A stretch of DNA of 64,000 bases from Tubulanus polymorphus (lineage: Eukaryota > Animalia > Nemertea), in assembly GCF_964204645.1 (NCBI RefSeq), contig NC_134025.1, positions 10,292,001 to 10,356,000 on the forward strand. The letters run 5' to 3'. Positions 1 through 13,919 of this stretch are shown in pieces (within the stretch, counting starts at the first letter, position 1; every line of letters begins with the position of its first letter). The notes beneath the pieces were generated by a model. The model saw nothing but the letters and a program-made list of their open reading frames with translations, did not search any database and was not told where the DNA came from. The position numbers were made by a program, and so were the translations under genes.

Positions 1-1
1 G

Positions 2-118
2 ACCAGCCTTCCTGATGATTCGGTGATATGTTCATTGCATCAAATACCGTACGAGTATCTTATACATTTGCGAATAAGTTCTGTCAGGACCCAGTTTGAT
101 GTTTCATCATCAAGTTAA
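2..118 (+). CDS. Possible last coding exon of an upstream gene (TSLPDDSVICSLHQIPYEYLIHLRISSVRTQFDVSSSS*)
   Basis: Frame open from the window edge to TAA at 116-118, followed by AT-rich sequence with AATAAA; no recognisable motif. Confidence 0.2.
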   Translation, partial: TSLPDDSVICSLHQIPYEYLIHLRISSVRTQFDVSSSS

Positions 119-843
119 TATAACTTTCATTATAATGACTTAAGCCTATGTAGAATGCATATCATTAATACAGAACTAGGCCCGGAAAATTTTTTCGAAA
201 ACATTCAAATAAATAGATAAATACAACGATATCGAACTTTGCTGCATAAACAAGTGCAAATGAAAATTGACAAACCGATGCAATTTTACACGCGCCTTCG
301 ACGAAATGAAATGCAAACATACTTTAACAAAAAAGTCAACACATGAAGAACTCAACTCTGAGAGTTCACTCACGAGTTAAAATCAGCTCATTTTGAAAAA
401 GTCCAACTTCGGATATTCAACCGAGTTTTCGCGAACGGGATCGCGGTTCGATAAAATAAATACACATGCGTTTTAACAACAGGTCCAGCCTCGAAAAACA
501 TAAATCAATACATAATTAAATACGAATATTTAATTTGCGGCACCGTATTCAAGAGATAGAGAGATCGAAGAGAGACAGTAAATACACAGTAGAAAAATAA
601 ATATACAACTACAGTCGATATAGAAGGCAGTGATGAACAGAAGTCGTTGAGATTCGAAGCCAATAACGAAATGCTACGATACATCCTTACATCCTTATCA
701 ATCAATCTATAAGATAGACATTCACAATTGGTTGCGTGATGTCTCCTAGTATGCCGGTGTAATGTTTATTACAGATTCGTTCGTCCATTCGAGTCCCGAG
801 AACGCATACGAAGCCTAGATGATCGATTAAAAGAATGGTGATT

Positions 844-1071
844 AGGCTAGCAAAAATTAATACCTTGTTTCTCATTTCTGCCGAGCTTACAAGTTGACCC
901 GGCTGGCCACCTAGCTATCTACCCTGTACATATTTTTTTTTGTGTTAAAATCATGATCAGGCTTACTATAACAGACCCGCCAGCTACAGAAATGAACAGA
1001 TTACAAATTTTATTGCAGCTTTCCAAAGGTACCCGGCCGATTAGGAGAAACAAGCTATCATTTTTTAGCCT
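844..1071. mobile_element. MITE-like element with imperfect terminal inverted repeats
   Basis: aggctagcaaaaattaataccttgtttctc at the left end is the approximate reverse complement of gagaaacaagctatcattttttagcct at the right end. Confidence 0.5.
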
Positions 1072-2326
1072 GAAGTGTTGAATATTTAAGGGTGTGGGTT
1101 AACAGGCAGTTGTCACATCTCATAACAATAGTACAGATCCTGTTTCAATGAACAACTCCACTCCCCCTTTTCCATGGCACATACAACTATTTCTTAAGAT
1201 GCAGATTGATATCGGCATATTAGCCTAACCACGGACGTATCTAGTTCCATGGCACTTTTCCTGCCGAGATAAAGAATGTTACCTCTACTGATGGCTCTTG
1301 TGGTGAATTCTATAATTTGGGTACTCAAACAAGCGCTATGGTGATATTATGGCGAGTCCCTTCACATTATGAGGACGAGGCAGAGCTTGTGTTCTTTAGA
1401 CAGAGCGATACGCTTCATACACATACTACGCTTTAAACTCTAACCCCTTGGCGCTAACTGAATCGATTCATAGTTGAGTTTTATCGTATGTTTAAACCGA
1501 TCGATAAAAGCTTTATATCCACCATCTATGTTGGCTTGAAAATAACTGCGAATGGTTTTTTAAAATCAATTGTACATAACGGTAAACGTCGAGGGTCAAT
1601 AGAAAAAAAAATTATGAAAAGAAACAACATTTCGAAACACGAACGAAAAACTGATAATAAAAATAGTAATTTCAACAAAATAATACCGGCTACATATAAT
1701 CATGGAAATTTCTATATGGTTCATATAGAAATCAACAAATTTTCTCGTGCACGGCCATTCATGAAGTACGTGCACAGCTATTCTGAATATGAAACCACCC
1801 TCAAACACCCATGTACGCTATTTTAAGCATTAGATACATATGGAGAAGGGGCCAATTTTTTGCCCGCTCCCGCCGTAGATTCATGCTTACTTCAGATATG
1901 ACCCCGCGCGATGGTAACTATCATACAATAATATCAATACTATAATCATTATCATAATAAATCACTGATCGCATTGAAAACGCACACAACAACAAATTCA
2001 GAATCCAACGAAGCTAAGCTAACAACTCGATATAACACAGTAATTAATACACGCGCGGTTCCCGATCGCTCGCGTGGCAAAAAATACATACGTAGGTGAG
2101 AAAACCAAAAGCTGCCTTTCAAATGAGATGTATGTTCGTAACATGGAACAAACAGATTCGAGGTTAAAACGCGGGCGGACATCTCGATTAAGGGATGACT
2201 CAACCTTACCGGGCGAACACGCGAAAACCTAAAGACTGAAGAGACTTGCTAATGTTTATCTACATATCTAATCAGAGGAGACAGGGATTCAGATTGATAC
2301 CGGCTAATAATACAATTCATTAATCA

Positions 2327-2327
2327 T

Positions 2328-2391
<64 letters not shown>
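2327..2391. repeat. (ATATAC)n-(AT)n compound microsatellite
   Basis: Directly visible. Confidence 0.9.
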
Positions 2392-2393
<2 letters not shown>

Positions 2394-5029
2394 TGTCTGC
2401 TTAGAAAGAATAGACTGCTAACCAACAAAAGGTCACCGACCTCGTTAATAATACATTATTCAGGAGACAAGAATATTTTGAACGAAAAAGGCATTTAACA
2501 TCGGTTTATAGTGTAATAACTAACAACAACGAAAAAGAAAAAACAAAGTATAACAAAATCTGGTTTTATCTAAAATCACTGGTGGGTTGGTTTTTATATC
2601 GGTTTTGGTATTGCTATTGTTGTTCCGCGGAGAGACATATGGATACGTGTAACTGCTCGATGCGAGCGTAGGTCGAGTCGCGACTGAGAATCGCCTCACA
2701 GTCGCCAGGACAAGTCATCTTAAGATATCGATCAAAAATGATAAAAACGTTCAATTGGCAAACATTTACGAAATACGTGCGCAAATAAAACCCGAAGAAC
2801 TACTGTTCGACAAATACACGCTAAACATTTCTGCTACGATGATTAGAAATTTCATTTTTATTGATTAAGATATTGGAAAACCAAGTAACTAAAAGCAATC
2901 AATACCCGGTAATGGCAATTTCTTTAGTGAAACTTCTCGACGTGAAAACCATGAGTATCGCATTTTCATCCAAATCTGCAGAAATAAATCTAGGCGGTCA
3001 TCATGGAATTGAAGATAATTCCCCGTGCTGGAAAACTATGCTATTCATTACTTTCGTTTCGTACATCGAGTAGGTAGTTCAAATGAACTTTTTGAAAATA
3101 ACATATTCCCTGTAACAATGGTAGTTGAACCGGGTTCAGAGCAACGCACACTACGATACGAGAGTCATGATTCTAAAAAAAACTACAGGCATTTCACTTC
3201 ATATTCACACACACACACACAAGACAGGAAATAGTAAATCACATCGAGTATAATGGATCGAAAAAACATGCGATCATTTCATTTTCTTCTTTGTGACACT
3301 GAACCAAAACACCTGTAATCACATGAAAAGACGCGCATTCGCATGAAATTTACCACACTTTTAAATCTATATTTGCTACGTTTGAATAAATACGAGAGAT
3401 ACAACGGAATTCTCGAAGTCTCGTTTTCATGACTTTTCCCGCGAGCGTGACACAGTGTTCTCCGCAACAGGTTTTAGAGGGGCAGCCACCCCTCTGTTGT
3501 CCCTAATAGAATATCCGCTGCCCATACCCAGGGATGAAAATGGCCCATATTGAAAAAGTCGGAAAATATTTTCAAAAAAAGAATTTTTTTGGGGAACAAA
3601 AATCAGTAACTTTTAGCCAAAAAACTTACTTCCTTTTGGTCAAAATGTTAATAGTTTGGGCCTGAATTAGAGCCGCTTTTTGAATGAGACGCCATATTGG
3701 TTTCTCCGACTCCACAGTTGTGCTAACAACTGCCGAAAACCGTCTTAGGGAGCACTCCTAACTACGGAGCGCTCCGATGTGACGCCCGCGATAGAGGTGA
3801 TTAAAGCGATTGAGGTGATTTACACTGTTCTCAGGAATTAAGAAAATGTTAGAAAAGGTCAGAAATCTGTCTATGGTCGGAAGATTTTCATCCCTGCATA
3901 CCAGAGTGGATGTTGGTACATTATCAACTTTAAAATACATCGAGCCGAAGTGAAAAATACAAAGATTACATCAAAATTAAGCTTAAATTTTTTCTGTATT
4001 TTTTGTGGGATCGAAAGCCTTGCTACTTCAGCAGCCACGATGTCATATGCTTAACAATGAATGCAGCCCCTCTAAAATTCCAGCATACGGAAAACACTGT
4101 GACTGTACGAACCCCGTAAGAATTGACATATACCCGACGAATCACGTGTATGTATATGGGAACTCGAAAAATAATCTAGACAGCCGACGGGCGAAGCAAT
4201 GAGACGCGCTGATGTAAAAACCAATTTCTCTGCGTCTACTTTGCCAGGTTTTTTTTTTCGGAGAAAAACTGAATCGCGCAAGTGAAAAGCAACGGATCGA
4301 TACGCAATGAATACAGCATAGATTAATTCTCGTGTATCCATGGCAACCGACAGTGTTTGTCATCAGCGTCCTAGGAGATCTCCGTTGCCGTTATCACCAG
4401 CGCTGACGATGATGATGACGATGCATATCTTGATCTGCGGGGGGAGGGGGTGGTTGGAGGGGGGACTTACGTATAAACTGTTACCGTCAAAGAGAACAAG
4501 ATATAGTTACATTATATAACATAACTATATATAACTATATACACATTGTTGCATTGTTATTACGTATTATCGTCAAAATAACGAAAAACCAAACAGTGGC
4601 GACGCGCGCTTGCGCGAAACTTTTCTCGGAAAAATTGACGCAATCTCTCACAAAAAATATGACTGCACGGTACAAACAATACATATACATATATATATAT
4701 ATATATAAACCGTAATTCATTAATTTACACACATAATCTTTTAGGAATATAATTTTACGTCAGGGAGCATTCTAAAAACGTAAACAGTTCGCGAATTCAA
4801 CTTCACTTAACGCGCGCAAACAAAACCTCGGTATTCGTCAGTTTACCCGGTACACAAATTTTCAATTTCTTTTCGCTCATCGTTGTTGAAATGTAGGCGA
4901 ACGGTTCATGTTTTTGAGATACGGCCTTTAGACTCCAACAATAAAAGTAAACGCGATGCAAGGTTTCCTCACGTACGTGCACGATACGATAATAATGACA
5001 ATTCCATAACATATACATACACTTATGTA

Positions 5030-5037
<8 letters not shown>

Positions 5038-5074
<37 letters not shown>
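5038..5074. repeat. (AAT)n microsatellite in the presumed CSRNP 3' UTR
   Basis: Directly visible. Confidence 0.9.
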
Positions 5075-5075
<1 letters not shown>

Positions 5076-5580
5076 TTTACATCATCTTTCAAAAATGAAC
5101 ACCTAGACGCACGAGATATTAAAACACACGTTTTAAAAATCATAATACTACAGCACCAGGCTCCTTGCTTGCTCGCGCAGCGGTTACATGAACATACCTG
5201 TACGTATACTCATAATGAACGACACACAAAGTAGCTGGGCTAGACAATCTATACATACTACTACAAATATTCATGTTTTATTCTCCGTGAAAATAATTAT
5301 CATTATTATCGAGAGTTCAGATTTCGATTATTTGAGATCCTGATGATTTGACTGACCGAACATAATCTCCACGCGATTCTCGAGAATCGTGCAAGTGAAA
5401 TCTCCTCAAAAACGGTTTTCATCCCCATAAACGCATTCTCACTACTGTTTTACTACTACGTCTCAGAGGTCGACCTCTCTTATTACGAACCGGTTGCTAC
5501 GTCGTCGATACGGGTCATACGCGGCGAGACAAATATTGCTCGATGGTTTAAATTCTTCGCAGGGATACCGATGACGTGGA

Positions 5581-7511
5581 CTAGGCGGATACAGTCTCCA
5601 CGATCGACTTTTTGATTATTTCTCCAAAATTCGACGGGCTGTTTTGTTCTTTCGAGTTTTCCAGATTGTCGCAGATCGCTGCGACCGCCACCGGGCACTC
5701 GCCGCTCGTACCGCCGAATCCGTTAATCGTCGTCGACGACGTCTTCGACGCGCCCACCTTGTCGTCGGCCATCATCGTCGACTCGACGAACTCCGAATGT
5801 TCGCAATAAGGCTGTAACTGACCGGAAGTGAACGCCGACGCCATGTTCGTCCGGCGCACCGTCTGCTTCGTCTTCTGCGCCTCGAGACTAGTCCGTAATT
5901 CGTGAAACGTCGGTTCGGTCGACGACGAGACGACTGTTTCCATCGCGACGTGGTCGACGCGACCGTTCGCCGCCGCGCCGTGCGGCTGTTGTTGATCGTA
6001 GTAGACTTTATCGATGTCCAAAGTCGCCACGTCTTCATAACACGGAGCCGAGCCGTTCGTTCCACCGCCGTACGATTCGTAATTATGCCGATGCAACAAA
6101 TCCGAATTCGTGGCGCACGAGATCCGACTGTAATTATCGGTCGCCGTTGTCGCTGACTTCACCGCCGCGAAACAAAACCCGGGGCCGGCGCCGCCCGACG
6201 AGGCGTTCGGATTCCACGCATTTGTCGAACAGAGACCGCCGTTCTCGGAGACCGGATAACTATTGAATCGTATCGGGCTCAGAATTTCCGATATCGGTTC
6301 CAACTTATACATCGAATTCGACGCAGACGAAGAAGAAGAAGAGTTTAACTCGATGTATTTCTGTTGCGACGACGACGACGACGACGCTGATGATGATGGA
6401 GATGATGACGTTGTAGTCGTCGTATTACGCGTATTACTATCGTTAGGAGGAAGGTACATACCTGATGAATTTTCGCAATAATCACGCCGCGCGCCGTTCA
6501 ACTGGCCGTTATTCGACACCCCTGCTACTGGCGCGTCCGCAAAGTTCTGAAACTGCCGCTGCGGATGATGGTGCTGATTTTGTTGTTGTTGTTGCTGCTG
6601 CTGTCCGTCGCACGAGGCATCGCTCGAACAGTCGCTGCTCTCTGAATACGAACTGTCGTCTTTCTGGAAGTCGTAGATCGCCGTTTCGCCTTGATGGAAC
6701 TCGCCGCCGCCGTCGTCGTTCGCGTCGTTGAACAACATGACACGCGGCAACGAATCGTTCTGTTGCGCGTTCGTTGCCTGCACCATCGAACCGTGCTCGT
6801 CGTAGTGAAGCGCACCGAAGTCCGCGTTCGACATCGGCATGTCTAAGTCTAGGTGACTGGTCAACTGAACGTCGCGCATGACGACGTTGTTCACCTCGGC
6901 GTTTTGACAATCGCAACAGCTGCCGCGCTCGTTGCTGTTAAACGCGTCCGGTTTCTCCGTTACCTGCGGCGACTTTCCCTCTCCCTTTTTCTCCAGCTCG
7001 AGCCGCATGAGCGTGTGTATGAAGTGCGTGCGCACGCGCAGCGGGTTGAACTCGATGCGGCCGGTCACGTTGCCGCAGCCGTCCTTCGTGCAGCCACACG
7101 GGAACGACAGCCGATCGACCTGACACTGGATGCCAGCGACGCTGCACGCGCACGTCTCTGGGTCGCAGAACACTTTACAGTCGCAGCCGCAGAACTCGCG
7201 CGATATTCGAATGTCGCGGCAGTCCTCTTTTTCGACGTTGTCGATCTTCTTGATCCCCGACTGGCGGAGCAAAATACGTCGCTGTCTAGTCGGCACCGGT
7301 TGCAAAAAGTAATAATCGTCGACTTCTAAATCGGAGTCCGAGTCGCTCAAGTCGCCGTTTTTCGGTTTTTTCGATCCGTTCAAGTTCGATTTCGGCGCGA
7401 TGCGTCCTTGTCGTTGGTGCTCTTGTAGAATCAACTTGTGCAGCTGTTTCTGTTCTTTATTGTACGAGACCATCGTAAAGTCCTGTCGGTGAGAATGCTT
7501 ATTTTCCATAC
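5581..7511 (-). CDS. CSRNP: CSRNP terminal coding exon (Cys-rich domain plus Q/S-rich acidic tail)
   Basis: Acceptor tttcag|GT ATG at 7511; 642-aa ORF ending [12 protein letters not shown]. Confidence 0.95.
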
Positions 7512-10500
7512 CTGAAATTCAGAGAGGAATAGATTCGGTTATAGTTGAGTACTGGTTGAAACCCGAGTTCCCGAACAGTTTTCAGATTCCACCCTGTTGC
7601 CGCTATAAAAGTTTCCTCAATAAGCTGCAACGTTTTTCTTTTTTTTGGGGGGGAGAGATGGGCAAACTAGGGCATGTTAACACATGCACTGATGAAACAC
7701 CCATCGCAGCAAAATATCCATCTTCCTAAAACCAAAGTTGAATAATCTTAAGACTTCCGTACTGTCTTGAGGCAATAAGAATCTCTAACAATTGACCAAG
7801 ATCATATCGAAATGGCGGTGCATTAAGATTTTGTTTTGTAGTCATAATTTCAGACTAAAACCTATAGAACGATTGTGATATCATGTGATATATGGGAACG
7901 TACTTCAAGATACCCCCTAGAGACGACAATCATATTTTTCAAAAATTTCTTATGATTCAATGAAAACTGTCAGTGATGGACGGAATACAATACATTGGTC
8001 TCTGTTACATATAATTGAGAGATAAAAACTGGGTTATGGGGTAACTGGTAACTAATTTAATCAACACAAAAACTATAGGCCTACTATTTCGGCCGACATT
8101 TATAATAGTTCGATCGTTAAGTAGGCGGCAGTGTTTTTTCCATTCTATTCACACTAAGTTTACATGAAAAATATTGAGACAGGAGGGAACGAAAATATCA
8201 TTACCGCTTATAGATATATTATTCTTTAGACAATAGTAAGCCGTTTTGAATTTCGAGACACCTAATCGATCGAAAAAATGCACAGCCAAGCGAGAAAAAT
8301 AAATAAACAACGGAGTGACCAATATCAAAATTCTTAAAATCAAGCGCCACAGTTGCTAAGATTCATTACTTATTACATTGTACATGTATTAGAAACTGGA
8401 TCAGAATAACTTTTTGCGGAATGTTAGACAAAACTAGTATAGGTATATCGACTCATACATACCGAGGTGCGTAGAACTTAAAAGAAAAAAAAAACCAGAC
8501 CAGACGTACATACTACGAAATACCGGAAATTCTTCGGATAAAAATCTATACCTGTACAGACGCACAGGTCGCGTTCGCAAAATGAAATTGAAATGAATTA
8601 ATGTTTACATTTAGTAAGATATACGTCGATTTCTATTGCGTTTATTTACTCTCGAAGCGCGCGCAAAGCGACGATTTAACAAAAGCCCACGCAAAATGAA
8701 ATAGAATCTGCCCGAGAGCTATCACCACGATAACGAGAATATGCGATAAAATTATGCCAATTTTTAAGATGCCTTACTAGAAATATGCAAAATTATGTTG
8801 TTTTTTGCACAGCCTTATGTTCCTAATAGCAAGCGATTAACGGGAACAGCAATATTGGGAACAGATATACATAGGCCCTAATACAGTTTAATAAGTAAAT
8901 AATCCTGAAAATCACTGGGAAATAAAATGTATGTGGTATGAAATCATATGTTCCCTAATTCAGGAGCAGATCCATAGGCCAATTTTGAACGACTTGTCTG
9001 AGGCCAAAAGAGCACTTCGATGTCCAAAAAGGCAATGCGCACTCCTGCACTGAAACGCACCAATCATCTTCATAGAAATAAAATTTGATGGACTTGTATA
9101 AATGTCACAAGTCCCCCTGGAACTGCCCCTGCTTATTTGAAGAAATAGTCACACGATTTTAAGTTGTTCTTTATGCTATAATATTACGGTTTACGAAGAT
9201 TTATGGCCTGTTTTCAACAATAGTATTTCCCCTACTAATCCAATAGATACTCGTCAACTATTGATCAACATCCCCCAATCTGCACTAAGTGGACTCAACT
9301 GTATTCACAGTGCGTATGTATTCACTCAAAAGGATTTGATTTCGAATACAAAATCATTTCAACACTAAATTAAAATCTATCGATTTTCCTCGGCTCATAA
9401 ACCTAAGCGTTTGTGTGTTTGTGTATGACTGGCTCCGGCGAGATGGTCTTTGTCTAGTAGGTATTGTTAGTATAACGACAATGAACGACGATCTAAATTA
9501 ATTCACCGATGAGAGGAAGGGATATGGAAGGACGGGGAATAAGAGAGGTGGAGAGACGTAGAGGGCAGACCAGACTAAACTACCTGCTGAATCTTTAATT
9601 GTAGTAGGTTCCGCCCAAAAATGAGAAAATGACACAAGTTGTTTAAATAAGTTGTTTCATTGAAAATGAACTATAGATTATTCTGATTCGTAGTCTTGAA
9701 ATCAGAATTATTTCTAGTTCATTGTAACAGTGTTCTGTTGATGTTTTTAGCAGTTGAGCTCTTGAGAGAATAAGGGAGGGAGACAGGAGAGAATGAGGGG
9801 GGGGGTAGGGGAGGGGGGAGAGGGACTGATTGAACGTTTGTCCGATAAACACGAATATTAAAAAGCTGCCCTCCCCTTCCTCCCTCCGCCGCCTGCACCA
9901 TAAATCACTTTTACGTAAACGGAAAATCAATTTTCAACCATCGTTGGCTGAATTGTGTTCACTTGTGTGCGTCTGACTCTGAACTACGCGCGCGGTCGCC
10001 ACTACCGTCGTTTCGCAGGGCGATATCAATTGTATATAACCAACAACACCGTGTCGGTTGTTACCATGGTAATGTTACATATTGATGATGAAACGCGACT
10101 TGCGGAGAAGTTGCAGTCGGCGTTGACGACAAAAAATAATTTCACCAAATATTTTAACCCTTTCAGTGTTTACTCCGCAGTGCGGTGTATTAATAAGTGA
10201 TGATCTTTGTTGGTACACGGCATCAATATTAGTAATTAGTTTTTATCCCTATCGAAAGATGGCAGCACCCGTCAAACATAGTGAACTTTAGTAACTAACG
10301 ATACACCGCACCACAGTGTAGGTGCACTACAGCAGTATGCCCGTTGTTCAATATACTAGCGCGGAATTTTCAAAGATTTTCAAATCATCTCTACCACTTT
10401 CTGGTACTAATTAGTCAGCACTGAAAGGGTTAATTCTCGATGCAATGGATATCAATGGAATTCAAATAGGGCAATGGAATCTATCAATAGCGGGGTACCG

Positions 10501-12958
10501 TTAGTGCGTACTATGGTGAGGATCCACCAGGTGTGCTACTAGTAGTTGGCAATATTTCCTCTACATTGCAATCAAAATCAGATTTTTCTCAGGTAGACAG
10601 AGATGTATCAAGCAAATATCAAGAGAATCAAATCCATTGCAGTGTCTTGACCAAATACCTGGATTCCATTTGGAGAGAGGAATGACGAACAAAAAGTGAA
10701 TACACAGTGCTGCCAACCTCTGAAAAGCACTATCAGTAACGAATTGAATTTTTTTCATCAACATTTCATTTGAACATGAAAGAAAATGTTCAATTTTAAT
10801 CAGTAATCAACAGTAAGACCTCAGCAATCTTTCATATCTCTGTATGGATCAAACATTTCGAATCAATATTTCTCGTTATAAAATAGTAACAAAATCAGGA
10901 ACAGTTGGCGGCTCCAAAACTGAATAATTTTGACCAACCGTTACTCGTGTCATTTTGTGGGTCGCGTAGCCTATATGGATTTACCCGATATGAGTGTCAA
11001 AATGAAACTCATCTCATGAAGACACGGCGATATAATAAGAGGCTTTTTATGCATCTAAATAGCTGTCAATGAGTCACAAATGTCATATTCTTTCAATGCG
11101 CAACGTATGACGTTAAATGGCCTTTTAATTGATATTACGATCACTGCATACTACGTTCCAGGACCCGGTTTTATAGACGCGTCAACTCGATGATTAACCG
11201 TGGTGAACTGTAAATTGAGTTTATCCGGATTAGGGAGTTTAAGTTTAAACTGAAACTGGCCTCACTTGATACTAAACAATGCAGTGACAAAACGAAGTTA
11301 GCCACTACCGGACCAGTAGCAATTAACACGCAATAATCTGACCCGTGCTAGAATTTGGCTTGGGCCTGTTCCATTTTGGCCCAGACTAAAAATGCTCGTG
11401 CAATCGCGGCTTTAGCGGGCAACTGTGGTTCTAGATCCAAGAATTTGTATTCAGTTATTTTCTTACCTAATGTGGATCCACCTTGACTAGGCACGCACGT
11501 GAATCCCTGCGATCGCGGGAAATAGTAAACCGTCACGCCTTGGAACTTGACCATCTTTCGCTTCTTCTTCACCGGCCCGCCGAAACCTCCATCGACTACA
11601 GAAACAAAACTCGACAAATCAATTTCCGAAAAAACTAAAATCAGGGCCTATTGATTATTGTCGCAGGCCAACAACTTCATCAGCATAATATTGCTGAAAA
11701 TTTGACGTCTTCACGAAAAAATATCCAAGACGAATGGAACGGTGTCTTCCCAGTTCCATAATTCCCTTCGTACACAACCAGTGCTCGAAAGTTGGTTAGA
11801 GTTAAGCAGTGGATAGTTGACATAGTGACGATTAAAAGTTCATTGTTACGATGGTATCTATCCACCATGTTATGTTTAGCCAACTTTTGAGCGACTGGCC
11901 CCCCTGAAGGTAATCTTCGGACAGACCAAAATTTATTGACTTCCACTTCCATTTTCAGTTGTCTCGGATCATGAGAATAAGTACATACAGCAGGCCTCAG
12001 AGGTCTGCAGTGTTTTCAATAAGAGCCAGGTCCGTCTGTTGTTTGTAAAGGACTCGCCTGTTTCTTCAAACCAGCTATCATTTCAGGGACCGTGACATAT
12101 TATGGGACCCTCCTGTTTTTCAAAGGGACTTGGCTTCTTGATTTCTTACTGAAAACACTGGTCTGTATTCGTCTATAGTGAAACTGCTGTAGACTCGGCT
12201 CAAATCGCTGTCTTCACAGTAAAAAAATCCCAACTTTGAGCCGAATTTTCATTGAAAGTTCCATTGACTCTGATTTTCCATTAAAAACTATGCTGTACTA
12301 CTACTGTAGTTCGTATTGTACAGTATCAGTAGTCGAGCTAGTGAAAGCAGGGGTGTCATGCATTCATTACGCATGCATTAGGAAGAATTTTTGAAGTTGA
12401 TGGAAAAATTTTTATTTATACAGTAAACTGCACCTTAATATCAGATTTACCGAATACCTAGTTGATATTCAGGACCCAATTCCACATTTCGGAGTTAAGA
12501 TTTGACTCCGAGTTAACTCAATGAAAATGAACTAATCTAAACTCAGAGTTAACTCTTAACTCAAAACTGTGGTACTGGTTCCAGGGTATATCAGAGGGTG
12601 GATTTTCTTTCGGCTCAACTGTGGTCGTGGTTAACCCAAGTCAACCGGTACTGAATAGAGGTGTCTCGGGTAGTCGAGGCCCTCATCCCCCCCCCGCACC
12701 TCTCGGATCATAAATCAAACTGTCAACCGACATATATAATTCACGCGACTGACCTTTAAGATTTGAAGTCGGTACGTCGGTGCTGCTGTTCGTGTGCGCG
12801 CTGCTGTTGCTGTTATCGCTGTTCGCGTCGAATTCTTCTTTCGATGACACGCATTCGGGCTCCGACGAAATCGACGAGCAGCGCACTGCTGCCGCCACGT
12901 TCTCGTGTTCGTCGTCGCACGAATCGACGTCGACCTCGTCGAACCTTCTTTTCGGCAT
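5581..12958 (-). CDS. CSRNP: Cysteine/serine-rich nuclear protein (CSRNP/AXUD1 family transcription factor); coding exons 12958-12754, 11595-11467, 7511-5581
   Basis: Family motifs [109 protein letters not shown]. Both introns are GT-AG and phase 1, and the exons join in frame. Confidence 0.95.
10158..10429. mobile_element. piggyBac-type MITE (family A), complete copy
   Basis: TTAA|CCCTTTCAGTG ... CACTGAAAGGG|TTAA: CCC/GGG ends with TTAA target duplication; four more copies in the window. Confidence 0.85.
10706..10913. repeat. Interspersed repeat (second copy about 59960-60152) with cagtgctgccaac...gttggcggctc ends
   Basis: Shared blocks aaatgttcaa..taatcagtaatcaacagtaagacc, tctttcatat.tctgta and aatcaatatttctc.ttataaaa.agtaacaa in both copies. 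Confidence 0.7.
11261..11411. mobile_element. Harbinger-like MITE family C, right-hand fragment
   Basis: ctcacttgatactaaacaatgc ... gtgcaatcgcggct matches the family C copies. Confidence 0.6.
11467..11595 (-). CDS. CSRNP: CSRNP coding exon 2 (basic NLS-like KKKRK plus conserved [20 protein letters not shown])
   Basis: tgtag| acceptor, G|gtaaga donor, conserved CSRNP_N motif. Confidence 0.92.
12008..12160. mobile_element. Small TIR element with a 5-bp target duplication
   Basis: GTCTG|cagtgttttcaataaga ... tcttactgaaaacactg|GTCTG. Confidence 0.7.
12470..12583. mobile_element. Palindromic MITE family B (Harbinger-like, CWG flanks)
   Basis: ggacccaattccaca...gagttaagatttgactccgagttaactca...tgtggtactggttcc; close copy at 33481-33587. 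Confidence 0.75.
12754..12958 (-). CDS. CSRNP: CSRNP first coding exon ([10 protein letters not shown]..., Ser-rich)
   Basis: MPKR(R/K)F start typical of the family; AAG|gtcagt donor in phase with exon 2; an acceptor (ctttcag) near 13016 implies an upstream non-coding exon. Confidence 0.88.
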
Positions 12959-13075
12959 TTTTTCGTGAACGGGGTTCGAGTCGTTTTAGTCGCCGTCGTT
13001 CAGAATTCACATCCCCTGAAAGAACACGGTTTCAGAATGAAATTACCGACACGATCAAGTCGCTTCATTATTTTA

Positions 13076-13812
13076 CAGGGGATCCCTACAGAGATCAGTC
13101 ATTCCTGGATATAAGGAGTATTCGAGGAGTTTTAAAAGGAGAAAATTTCAAATTTCAAGGGGTGTCTACATCACTTTCATATCCCAATTACTGTAAACTC
13201 CTCCTAAATCGGTATCTCCGTAAACCATTAATTAGGTGGTTTTGTAGACAAATTCTTATCCTTAACGCTACCTAAACTTTAGGTTTCTAATTTGCTAACC
13301 GCCTAATTGGGTAAAAATCCAGTTCCCGACTGTATCGATTTAAGATAAAAAATTCTAATTACCTATTTCTCAAAAGGGAAGGAGTTTCAAGCACCTTTAA
13401 AGGCTTTTCCATTTTGAAGTTTTCAAGGTATTGTAGGGACCCTTGTAACAGGACTTTATTTTGGCATATTTTGGTATCCCAACGGTACTATAGTCATTTT
13501 ATTAATGGTTGAGACCAGTTTTTCTGGGATGTTTTGCTCAAACTTTTTGGGGTACAAAACTTATTTAGGCCTTACTTGCACGCACTACCTTAACTCGGTT
13601 TTAATATGTTAACTACCTTAGTAGGTAAAGAAAAAATCCTAGTCCCAACTGCATCGATTTAGGCATAATTTTACTTAATAACTACAAACATTTCTAATTG
13701 CCTATTTTTCAAAATGTAAGTTGTTTTGGACATTTTGCTCAAATTTCAAGCACTTTAAAAGCATTTTCTTTACGGGAGATTTTAAGAAATCTAGGAGTCC
13801 TAGGGACCCTGT
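13076..13812. mobile_element. Degenerate TIR element with internally duplicated right half
   Basis: acagggatccctaca on the left versus tgtagggacccttgt (about 13432-13446) and tagggaccctgt (13801-13812); the block aaaaatcc.agt.cc.actg.atcgattta...ttctaatt.cctattt occurs twice. Confidence 0.5.
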
Positions 13813-13919
13813 TTTTTACGTTAAATTACTAATCAAGTTTCATGCATTCTTATTGAATTTTAAAAGATTTGGCTCCCATATATGAACATTCTACCGGAAT
13901 TTTGAAGCAAATTACCATA

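Noticed and set aside
4883-5234. Poly-Asn / poly-Ile ORFs
   Set aside because: Translations of the (AAT)n microsatellite.
5612-7329. Many overlapping and antisense ORFs within the CSRNP last exon
   Set aside because: Expected by-product of GC-rich codon use and trinucleotide repeats; no independent motifs.
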